Source of the DNA: Eledone cirrhosa
Taxonomy: Eukaryota
DNA length: 64,000 nt
Assembly: GCA_964016885.1 (NCBI GenBank)
Contig: OZ024748.1
Span: 27,714,001 to 27,778,000 of the forward strand
Reading direction: 5' to 3'
Shown here piece after piece: positions 11,001 to 22,107 of this stretch; positions within the stretch are counted from its first letter, which is position 1, and each line of letters opens with the position of its first letter. The translations under genes and the position numbers were made by a program. The notes under the pieces are model-generated. The model made no database searches. It saw only the letters and a program-made list of their open reading frames with translations, and was not told the DNA's origin.

Positions 11001-14000
11001 CAGGTTTTTTTATTTAGGTGCCCCGTTTTTTTTATGGGGGGGTCCATTTTCTTATTTGGGTGCCCCGTTTTTTTTATGGGGGGCCGTTTTTTATTTGGGT
11101 GCACCGCTTTTTTAGGGGGGGGGGGTCCGTTTTTTATTTGGATGCCCCGTTTTTTATGCGGGGGGGGTTCCGTTTCTTTATTTGGGTGCCCCGTTTTTTT
11201 ATTTGGGTGCCCCGTTTTTTATTTGGGTGTCCGATCTTTTATTTGAGTGCCCCGTTTTTTTATTTGGGTGCCCTTTTTTTTATTTGGGTGCCGCGTTTTT
11301 TATTTCGGTGAACCCGTTTTTTATTTGGGTGCCCTATTTTTTATTTGGGTGCCCCGTTTTTTTATTTCCGTGCCCCGTTTTTTATTTGGGTTTCCGGGTT
11401 TTTTTATTTAGGTGCCCCGTTTTTTTATGGGGGGGGGTCCATTCTTTTATTTGGGTGCCCCGTTTTTTTTATGGAGGGCCGTTTTTTATTTGGGTGCATC
11501 ACTTTTTTAGGGGGGGGGGGTCCGTTTTTTTATTTGGGTGCCCCGTTTTTTATGCGGGGGGTTCCGTTTCTTTATTTGGGTGCCCCGTTTTTTTATTTGG
11601 GTGCCCCGTTTTTTTATGGGGGGGTCCGTTTTTTATTTGGGTGCCCCATTTTTTTATGGGGGTCCGTTTTTTATTTGGGTGCCCCGTTTTTTATTTGGCT
11701 GCCCCGTTTTTTTATTTCCGTGCCCCGTTCTTTATTTGGGAGCCCGGTTTTTTTATTTAGGTGCCCTGTTCTTTTATGGGGGGTCCGTTTTTTTATTTGG
11801 GTGCACCGTTTTTTATGGGGGGGGGGGGCGTTTTTTATTTGGGTGCCCCGTTTATTTAGGGGGGTCCGTTTTTTATTTGGGAACCCCGTTTTTTATGGGG
11901 GGAGGCCGTTTTTTTATTTGGGTGCCCCGTTTTTTTTATTTGGGTGCCTCGTTTTTTATGGGGGGTGTCCGTTTTTTTATTTGGGTGCCCTTTTTGTCAT
12001 GGGGGTCCGTTTTTTATTTGGGTGCCCCTTTTTTTTATTTGGGTGACCCGTTTTTTTATTTGGGTGCCCCGTTTTTTATTTGGGAGCCCCGTTTTTTATT
12101 TGGGTGCCCCGTTTTTTATTTGGGTTCCCCATTTTTTTATTTGGGTGCCTCGTCTTTTATGGGGAGGGTGGGTCAGTTTTTTATTTGGGTGCCAGGTTTT
12201 TTTATGGGGGGGGGGGTCCGTTTTTTATTTGGGTGCCCCGTTTTTTTATTTGGGTGCACCGCTTTTTTAGGGGGGGTCCGTTCTTTTATTTGGGTGCCCC
12301 GTTTTTTATGCGGGGGTTCCGTTTCTTTATTTGGGTGCCCCGTTTTTTTATTTGGGTGCCCCGTTTTTTTATGGGGGGGTCCGTTTTTTATTTGGGTGCT
12401 CCGTTTTTTATTTGGCTGCCCCGTTTTTTTATTTGGGTGCCCCTTTTTTTTATTTGGGTGCCCCGTTTTTTTATTTGTGTGCCCCGTTTTTTTATTTGGG
12501 TGCCTGGTTTTTTTTATTTAGGTGCCCTGTTCTTTTATGGGGGGGGGGTCCGTTTTTTTATTTGGGTGCACCGTTTTTTTATGGGGGGGGGCATTTTTTA
12601 TTTGGGTGTCCCTTCTTTTATTTGGGTGCCCCGTTTTTTATTTGGGTGCCCCGTTTTTTTATTTGGGTGCCCCGTTTTTTATTTGGGAGCCCCGTTTTTT
12701 ATTTGGGTGGCCCGTTTTTTATTTGGGTTCCCCATTTTTTTATTTGGGTGCCTCGTCTTTTATGGGGGGGGGTCAGTTTTTTATTTGGGTGCAAGGTTTT
12801 TTTATGGGGGCGGGGTCCGTTTTTTATTTGGGTGCCCCGTTTTTTTTATTTGGGTGCCCCGTTTTTTTATTTGGGTGCCCCGTTTTTTACGGGGGGGGTC
12901 CGTTTTTTATATTGGGTGACCCGTTTTTTATTTGTGTGCCCCGTTTTTTTATTTGGGTGCCCGGGTTTTTTTAGGTGCCCCGTTTTTTTATGGGGGGGGG
13001 GTCCATTCTTTTATTTGGGTGCCCCGTTTTTTTTATGGAGGGCCGTTTTTTATTTGGGTGCACCGCTTTTTTAGGGGGGGTCCGTTTTTTTATTTGGGTG
13101 CCCCGTTTTTTATGCGGGGGGTTCCGTTTCTTTATTTGGGTGCCCCGTTTTTTATGGGGGGTCCGTTTTTTATTTGGGTCCCCCGTTTTTTATTTGGCTG
13201 CCCCGTTTTTTTATTTTGGTGCCCCTTTTTTTTATTTGGGTGCCCCGTTTTTTTATTTGTGCACCCCGTTTTTTTATTTGGGTGCCCGGTTTTTTTATTT
13301 AGGTGCCCTGTTCTTTTATGGGGGGGGGGTCCGTTTTTTTATTTGGGTGCACCGTTTTTTTATGGGGGGGGGGGGCATTTTTTATTTGGGAGCCCCGTTT
13401 TTTATTTGGGTGCCCCGTTTTTTTATTTGAGTGCCTCGTTTTTTATTTGAGTGCCCCGTTTTTTTATTTGGGTGCCACGTTTTTTTATGGGGGGTCCGTT
13501 TTTTATTTGTTTCCCCAGTTTTTTTATTTGGGTTCCACGTTTTTTTATGGGGGTGCCCCGTTTTTTTTTATGGGGGGCCGTTTTTTATTTGGGTGCACCG
13601 CTTTTTTAGAGGGGGGGGGGGGGCCGTTTTTTATTTGGGTGCCCCGTTTTTTATGGGGTTCCGTTTTTTATTTGGGTCCCCCGTTTTTTTTATTTGGGTG
13701 CCCCGTTTTTTAGGGGGTCCGTTTTTTATTTGGGTGCTCCGTTTATAATGGGGGGGGGGGGGGGGGGGCGTTTTTTATTTGGGTGCCCCATTTTTTTTAT
13801 TTGGGTGCCGCGTTTTTCTATTTGGGTGAACCCGTTTTTTATTTGGGTGCCCTATTTTTTATTTGGGTGCCCCGTTGTTTTATTTCCGTGCCCCGTTTCT
13901 TATTAGGGTGCCCGGTTTTTTTATTTAGGTGCCGTTCTTTTATGGGGGGGTTCGTTTTTTTTATTTGGGTGTCACGTTTTTTATTTCGGTGCCCAGTTTT

Positions 14001-17000
14001 TTATTTGGGTGCCCTTTTTTTTATTTGGGTGCCACGTTTTTTTACGGTGGGTACGATTTTTCTATTGGTGCCCCGTTTTTTATTTGCGTGCCCGATTTTT
14101 TTATTTGGGTGCCCCGTTCTTTTATTTGGGTGTTCCGTTTTTTATTTGGGTGCCCCGTTTTTATACAGGGGGGTGGTCCGTTTTTTATTTGGGTGCCCCG
14201 TTTTTTTATTTGGCTGTCCCGTATTTTTATTTGGGTGCCCCGTTTTTTAGGGGGGAGGGGGCGTTTCTTTATTTGGGTGCCCCGCTTTTTTATTTGGGTG
14301 CCCCGTTTTTTGTTTGTGTGCCCCATTTTTTTATTTGGGTTCCACGTTTTTTTATGGGGGGTCCGTTTTTTATATGGGTGCTCGGTTATTTTATTTGGGT
14401 ACCCCGTTTTTTAATTTGGGTGCACCATTTCTAATGGGGTGGGGGGTCCTTTTTTTATTTGGGTCCCGTGTTTTTATGGGTGGTCCGTTTATTATTTGTG
14501 TGTCTCGTTTTTTATATGGGTGCCCCGTTTTTTTATTTGGGTGTCACGTCTTTTATGGGGGGGGGGGTCCGTTTTTTATTTGGGTGGCCCGTTTTTTTAT
14601 TTGGGTGCCCCGTTTTTTAATTTGGGTGCACCATTTCTAATGAGGGGGGGCCTTTTTTAATTTGGGTCCCGTGTTTTTATGGGGGGTTCGTTTTTTATTT
14701 GTGTGCCCCGTTTTTTATATGGGTGCCCGGTTTTTTTATTTGGGTGCCCCGTTTTTTTATTTGGGTGCCCCGTTTTTTAATTTGGGTACCCCATTTTTAA
14801 TGGGGGGGGGGGTCCGTTTCATATTTGGGTGCTCCATTTTTTATGGGGGTGTCCGATATTCTATTTGAGTGCCCCGTTTTTTAATTTTGGTGCCCCGTTT
14901 TTTTATTGGTGGTGGTCCGTTTTTTATTTGGGTCCCGTCTTTTTAGGGGGGGTCCCTTTTTTATTTGTGTGCCCCGTTTTTTATTTGGGTGCCCCTTTTT
15001 TTATTTGGGTGCCCTGTTTTTTTATTTGGGTGCCCCGATTTATATTTGGGTGCCCCGTTTTTTATTTGGGTGCCCCGTTTTTTTACGAGGCGTCCGTTTT
15101 TTATATTGGGTGCCCCGTTTTTTATTTGGGTGCCCGATTTTTTTTATTTGGGTGCCCTTTTTTTTATTTGGGTGCTCCGTTTTTTATTTGGGTGCCCCGT
15201 TTTTATATGGGGGGTCCGTTTTTTATTTGGGTGCCCCGTTTTTTTATTTGGCTGTCCCGTATTTTTATTTGGGTGCCCCGTTTTTTAGGGGGGAGGGGGC
15301 GTTTCTTTATTTGATGCCCCGTTTTTTTATTTGGGTGCCCCATTTTTTATTTGTGTGCCCCGTTTTTTTATTTGGGTTCCACGTTTTTTTATGGGGGGTC
15401 CGTTTTTTATATGGGTGCCCGGTTATTATATTTGGGTGCCCCGTTTTTTAATTTGTGTGCACCTTTTCTAATGGGGGGGGGGGGGGGGGGGTCCGTTTTT
15501 TATTTGGGTGCCCCGTTTTTTTATTTGGGTGTCGCGTTTTTTATGGGGAGGGGGTCCGTTTTTTTATTTGGGTACCATGTTTTTATGGGGCTCCGTTTTT
15601 TATTTGTGTGCCCCGTTTTTTATTTGGGTGCCTCGTTTTTTTATTTGGGTGCCACGTTTTTTATTTGGGTGCCCCTTTTTTTTATTTGGGTGCCACGTTT
15701 TTTATGGGGGGTGTCCATTTTTTATTTGGGTGCCCCGTTTTTTTATTTGGGTGCTCCATTTTTTAACGGTGGGGGGGTCCGTTTTTTATTTGGGGGCCTC
15801 GTTTTTATTAGGGGGTCCGTTTTTTATATGGGTGCCCAGTTTTTTTATTTGGGTGCCCCGTTTTTTTATTTGGGTTCCCCGTTTTTTAATTTGGGTGCCC
15901 TATTTTTAATGGGGGGGGGGGTCCGTTTCATATTTGGGTGCCCCGTTTTTTTACGGGGGGTCCGTTTTTTATACTGGGTGCCCCGTTCTTTATTTGGGTG
16001 CCCGTTTTTTTTATTTCGGTGCCCCGTTTTTTTATTTGGGTGCTCCATTTTTAACGGGGGGAGGGGGGGGACGTTTTTTATTTGGGTGCCTCGTTTTTAT
16101 AAGGGGGGTCCGTTTTTTATATGGGTGCCCGGCTTTTTTATTTGCGTTCCCCGTTTTTTAATTTGGGTGCCCCATTTTTAATGGGGGGGGGGGGTCCGTT
16201 TTATAATTGGGTGCCCCGTTTTTTATGGGGGTGTCCGATCTTTTATTTGAGTGCACCGTTTTTTAATTTTGGTGCCCCGTTTTTTTATTTGGGTGCCCCG
16301 TTTTTTTATGGGTGGGGGCCCGTTTTTTATTTGGGTCCCGTCTTTTTACGGGGTCCGTTTTTTATTCGTGTGCCCCGTATTTTATTTGGGTGCCCCTTTT
16401 TTTATTTGCGTGCCCCATTTTTTTTATTTGGGTGCCCCTTTTTTTAATTTGAGTGCCCCGTTTTTCTTGGGGGGGGGGGGGGGAGTCCGTTTTTTTATTT
16501 GGGTGCCCCGTTTCTTATTTGTGTGCCCCGTTTTTTTACGCGGGGGGTCCCGTTTTTTATTTATGTGCCCCGTTTTATTATTTGGGTACCCCGTTTTTTT
16601 TATTTGGGTGCCCCGTTTTTTAATTTGGGTGCCCCATTTTTAATGGGGGGGGGGGTCCGTTTTATATTTGGGTTCCCCGTTTTTTATGCGGGTGTCCGAT
16701 CTTTTATTTGAGTGCACCGTTTTTTAATTTTGGTGCCCCGTTTTTTTATTTGGGTGCCCCGTTTTTTATAGGGGGGGGGGGGGCGTTTTATATTTGGGTC
16801 CCGTCTTTTTACGGGGGTCCGTTTTTTATTTGCGTGCCCCATTTTTTTTATTTGGGTGCTCCTTTTTTTTATTTGAGTGCCCCGTTTTTTATTTGGGTAC
16901 CCGTTTTTTTATTTGGGTACCCGTTTTTTATTTGGGTGACCCGTTTTTTTATGGGGGTTCCCGTTTTTTATTTGGGTGCCCCGTTTTTTATTTGGGTGCC

Positions 17001-17295
17001 CCGTTTTTTTTATTTGGGTGCCCCGTTTTTTATTTGGTTGCCCCGTTTTTTATTTGGTTGCCCCGTTTTTCATTTGGGTGACCCGTTTTTTATTTGGATG
17101 CTCCCTTTTTTTATTTGTGTGCCCCGTTTTTATTTGGGTGCCCCGTTTTTTTATTTGGGTACCACGTTTTTAATGTGTGTGTGGGGGGGGGACGTTTTTT
17201 ATTTGGGTGCCCCGTTTTTATGGAGGGGGGGGGGGGTCCAAATAAAAAACTGACCCCCCCCCCCATAAAAAAACGGCGCTCACAAATAAAACAAT
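8100..17295. repeat. About 9.2-kb G/T-rich satellite with a monomer of about 20 nt
   Basis: Hundreds of T(5-8)ATTTGGGTGCCCCG units are interspersed with TTTTATG(n)TCCG variants. Higher-order blocks recur (e.g. near 9065, 12120, 12725). The last 55 bp or so are inverted. Confidence 0.95.
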
Positions 17296-17333
17296 ATGTA
17301 TATATATATATATACATATACACACAACAAGTG

Positions 17334-17470
17334 AAGGCGTGTGGCTCAGTGGTTAGAAAATTGGATTCACAATCTTGAGGTTGTGAGTTGCGACCGATAG
17401 ATAGTATTAGCAATTGGAAAGACCAACGGGAACAGTGTTTCCGTGGTCCGATTTGACGAAAGTCGATCGA
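17334..17470 (+). mobile_element. Degenerate tRNA-derived SINE
   Basis: A-box-like GTGGCTCAGTGGTTAG followed by a decayed B-box region (GTGAGTTGCGACC). Confidence 0.5.
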
Positions 17471-18097
17471 TCCTTATATATATATACACATACGCACGTA
17501 CATACATGCATACATATTTATATACATAGAGGATTCTGTCTGTCCGCCTCTCTCTTATACACACATAGGTGTGTGAATGTGCGCGATACACAGAGAACAC
17601 ACCATCCAACTCGCAAAGGCAACCTTCCATCGTGCAATCATTCTTTCACTCTCTCTCACTCACTCTATCCAATTCACTCTCTCTCTCTCACACACATACA
17701 CACACACTCTTTATCTTTTCACAAAACATTCATTATGAAAATTCTCTGACCCCTGAGCCACCCTCAAACACTTCACCAGTTTCACTGCGCCCCTCCAACA
17801 ACACTCCAACGCCACTCCAATACCACTCCAACGTCACTCCAATACTCACACTCTCACACTTACTCTCACAATACTCCGACGAAATTTAAACATTCCCGTC
17901 TAAAGATCCTCTCTTTTTCTTTCTTTCTATCTCTCCTTCCCTTTTTCTCATTTTCTTTCTCTCTCCCCCATCTCCTTCCTCTTCTATCTCCTATCTTTCG
18001 GACTTTCCCTCCTCTTACTCTTAAAACAACCCCCCGCCTAATCTTTGATAGTTTTACATAAGAATAAGACTAGTTTATCAGTTTCGATTTCCATCAA

Positions 18098-18148
18098 AAG
18101 AACCGGTCAAGAACCGGTCAAGAACCGGCCAAGAACCGGTAAGAACCA
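18098..18148. repeat. 11-bp tandem repeat AAGAACCGGTC, about 4.5 copies
   Basis: Directly visible. Confidence 0.85.
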
Positions 18149-18363
18149 ACAATTGCCGTTCAATTGGATCGCACAAAAAGCTTCTCAGAAATAACAAAGC
18201 CTCGATTTGGAATTATCACAATGTCGTCTGCCAAAATTTTCATTTCTTTTCTTTGTTTTGATTTGGCGGAACTCGATCTTGATTGCTTGTGTATTTTAGT
18301 TTTGTCTCTGAGTGTGTGTCTGTGTTTGTTTATATAAACGTGCGTTTATTCTATGCATATATG

Positions 18364-18430
<67 letters not shown>

Positions 18431-18573
18431 GCACATATATATATATACACACATATATATATATAAATACACATACACACACACATATATATACACATAC
18501 ATACACATGCATATATAATATATATGTATGTATGTTCATCATATAAAAAAATATGTATATTCCCTAAAAGCCC

Positions 18574-18622
<49 letters not shown>

Positions 18623-18642
18623 TATATACGGGCTTTTAGGGA

Positions 18643-18717
<75 letters not shown>

Positions 18718-19394
18718 TCCGTCTGTTTGTATTTGCATTTATGCGTGTTTATATATGCGTGTGGTGTGTGTACATGTATATTTATGTATTTATATTGACC
18801 TTTCAACCCCACCACCACTACACACACACACACACGCACACACACACGCACACGCACCCACGCACACACACACGCACACACACACACACACGCACACACA
18901 CACAAAGACATAGACAAGCAGTTGTATCAACGAATCATTAGACAAGACAACACAATAGTGAGGTATTTGTAATGAATGAAAACAAGAAAAATAGTTGGTT
19001 ATCAAGTAGTCTGTTTTGTGGTATTGTGTGGTGTTATTATGATGTAAAGTAATGTGTGGTGTTGTGTGGTAGTGTTGTGTGGTGTTGTGTTGGGTGGTAT
19101 TGTATGAATGGTGCCTAGTTATCAGTAATGACGGCAATGAGGATAATTATGATAATGACGGAGCGGGGGTAAAGGTGAGGGGCAGGAGAGAAGAGGAAAG
19201 AAGGAGGTGGAGGATAGAGGAGGAGCAAAAGGATGAATGGGGTGAGGAAAGAGGAGAGGTGAGAGAAGAGGGGTGGTACTAGAGAGTAGGTGTAGTGGAA
19301 AGGAGGAGAAGAAGAGGGGAGAAGGGGAGGGAGACTGCTGTTGTCGTTGTTGTTGTTTAGTTATTCCAAGCCAGCTCTGGTCTGAGCCATGCCC

Positions 19395-19690
19395 AAATGT
19401 TTAAGAAGATCGCGTCGCAATCATTAGGTCCCGGGTTCGATTCCACTGAGTGTCACCTTGATCAAGATTATTTACCATAGCCTCGGTTTGTGAGGGGAAC
19501 GTGGTAGACAGAAACTGTTTGGAAGCCTGATGGTTGAACTGTACCTGTAATTTAATGGGGTAAAAGCTTTGTCACACACACTGTGTCATGCTGAATGCTC
19601 CTGAGAGTTAAGGGTACACGTGTCTATGGCATACCCAGCCACTTGCACGTTAGTTTTACGAACAACTGGAACACTGAACGTTGACAGCGA
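19395..19690 (+). mobile_element. Degenerate tRNA-derived SINE(s)
   Basis: B-box GGGTTCGATTCC followed by CORE-like GTCACCTTGATCAAG. The downstream segment resembles 20588-20705 and 40050-40200 (minus strand). Confidence 0.55.
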
Positions 19691-19708
19691 CGCATTTCCA
19701 TAATTACG

Positions 19709-20281
19709 TAAGTCTGTGTATGACCCTTTAGAGATGGCTGACAAGATAAGTCTGTGTATGACCCTTTAGAGATGGCTGACAAGATAAGTCTGTGTATGAC
19801 CCTTTAGAGATGGCTGACAAGATAAGTGTGTATATGACCCGTTAGAGATGGCTGACAAGATAAGTGTGTGTATGACCCTTTAGAGATGGCTGACAAGATA
19901 AGTCTGTGTATGACCCTTTAGAGATGGCTGACAAGATAAGTCTGTGTATGACCCTGTAGAGATGGCTGACAAGATAAGTCTGTGTATGACCCTTTAGAGA
20001 TGGTTGACAAGATAAGTCTGTGTATGACCCTTTAGAGATGGCTGACAAGATAAGTCTGTGTATGACCCTTTAGAGATGGCTGACAAGATAAGTCTGTGTA
20101 TGACCCTTTAGAGATGGCTGACAAGACAAGTCTGTGTATGACCCTTTAGAGATGGCAAACAAGACAAGTCTGTGTATGACCCTTTAGAGATGGCTGACAA
20201 GACAAGGCTGTGTATGACCCTTTAGAGATGGCTGACAATATAAGTCTGTGTATGACCCTTTAGAGATGGCTGACAAGATAA
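19709..20281. repeat. 38-bp minisatellite, about 15 copies
   Basis: Unit AAGTCTGTGTATGACCCTTTAGAGATGGCTGACAAGAT, head-to-tail with no spacers. Confidence 0.97.
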
Positions 20282-20749
20282 AGTGTGACGCCACAATCTC
20301 CTTAGTTGAAGGTTCAAATGAACAACAAGTATTGTGTTTGTGTGTGTGTGTTTGTGCGTGTGTGTTTGTGTGTGTGTGCGTTTGTGTGTGTGTTTGTGTG
20401 TGTGTTTGTGTGTGTGTTTGTGTATGTGTGTGTGTGTGTGTGTGTATGTGTGTGTTTTAGAAAGAACTATTTATTCTATTCTACCTTAACCCAACTATGT
20501 ACCAGGATATGAGAAAGTCTTAGCTGCGGTAGACTGGTGGCCTATCCAGGAGACCTGTTATATTGACGACTTTAACTGTAATTATTATACCTGTAATTCA
20601 AAGCGCCAGCCTTGTCTCTGAGAATTACAAGTCTACTTGTGTGTCTGTGGAATGCTCAGGCACCTGCATGTTAATTTCATGGACAGGATGTTTTGTTGAT
20701 CGAACAGCTCTTTTTATCAAATGACAATAATATAAAAAGGTATAAATTA

Positions 20750-20945
20750 AGCATGGCTGAGTGGTTAAGTCGTTCTCTTCGCAACCAATGACAATATGGG
20801 TCAAGTATCTTCTTCCATAATCTCAGGTTGACCAATGGTACCTTGGGTCAAGTATCTTCTACTATAGCCTCAGGTAATGCACTGGGGTCGACGTAATCAC
20901 CCCCCCCCAATTGCTGGCCTTGTGTTGAAGTATAAACCATTATTA
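20750..20945 (+). mobile_element. Degenerate composite SINE remnants
   Basis: A-box-like ATGGCTGAGTGGTTAAG, a duplicated TGGGTCAAGTATCTTCT, and a 3' part (ACTGGGGTCGA...TTGCTGGCCTTGTG) matching the tail of the main SINE family. Confidence 0.55.
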
Positions 20946-21721
20946 TTGTTTTGTTGCTGTTTTTGTCAATATTTAACTTTTTTCTGTAACTAAAATCTTC
21001 CCCACCTTTACCTTCTCTAGGTTTTACCACCACCACCATTACCACTACCGATACCACCACCACCACCACCACCACCAGCACCATTACCACTACCGATACC
21101 ACCGCCATCACCATCACCACTATCACCACCACCGCCTCCACCACTACCATCACCACCACCATCACTACCATCACCACCATCACTACCACCACCACCACCG
21201 ACACCACCACCACCGTCGCTACCATCACCACCCCCACACACATACATATACACACACCAACATACACACCTACCGAATGCGCGTAGGTGGAGTATATCTG
21301 CCCCGTGTGTTCAGTGCATTAATGAAGGAGAGAGACAGACACAGATAGAGTGAGAGAGTGGGGGGGGGGGAGCCAGAGACAGATGGAGAGAGAGAGAGTG
21401 AGTGAGAGAGCGAGAGAGAGGGGGGAGCAAGAGACAGATGGAGGGAGAGAGCGAGAGAGAGCAAGAGACAGATGGAGAGAGAGAGAGCGGGAGAGAGAGA
21501 GGGGGGAGCAAGAGAAAGAGAGAGAGACAGAGAGAGAAGGCCAGAGCGAGAGGGAGTGAGGACAAGAAAGATAAAGATAAAGAGGGGGGGATAGAGATGG
21601 AGCGAGAGAGAGCTGGAAAAAGAGACAGAGAGACAGAAAGAGTGAGAAGGAGGGATAGAGAGAAATAGCTGCGGTGAGAACAAAGAAGTTTTATTCAAAT
21701 TAAGGACGATGTTGAAATAGT

Positions 21722-22076
21722 TTTGGTGGTGGTGGTGGTGGTGGTGGTGATGGTGGTGGTGGTGGTGGTGATGATGGTGGTTGTGGTGATGTTGGTGGTG
21801 GTGGTGGTGGTGGTGGTGGTGGTGTCGGTGGTGGTGGTAGAGGTGGTGGAGTGGTGATGGTGGTGGTGGTGGTGGTGATGGTGGTGGTGGTGGTGGTGAT
21901 GGTGGTGGTAGTAGTGATGGTGATGGTGGTCGTGGTGGTGATGGTGGTGGTTGTAGTGATGGTGGTGGTGGTGGTGGCGGTGGTGGTGTCGGTGGTGGTG
22001 GTGGTGGTGGTGGTAGTGGTGGTGGTGGTGGTGGTGGTGGTGATGGTGGTGGTTGTGGTGATGGTGGTGGTGGTGC

Positions 22077-22107
<31 letters not shown>

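Noticed and set aside
8028-17413. Dozens of overlapping FFIWVPRF / YLGAPFF ORFs
   Set aside because: Satellite translation with frame-disrupting homopolymer variation.
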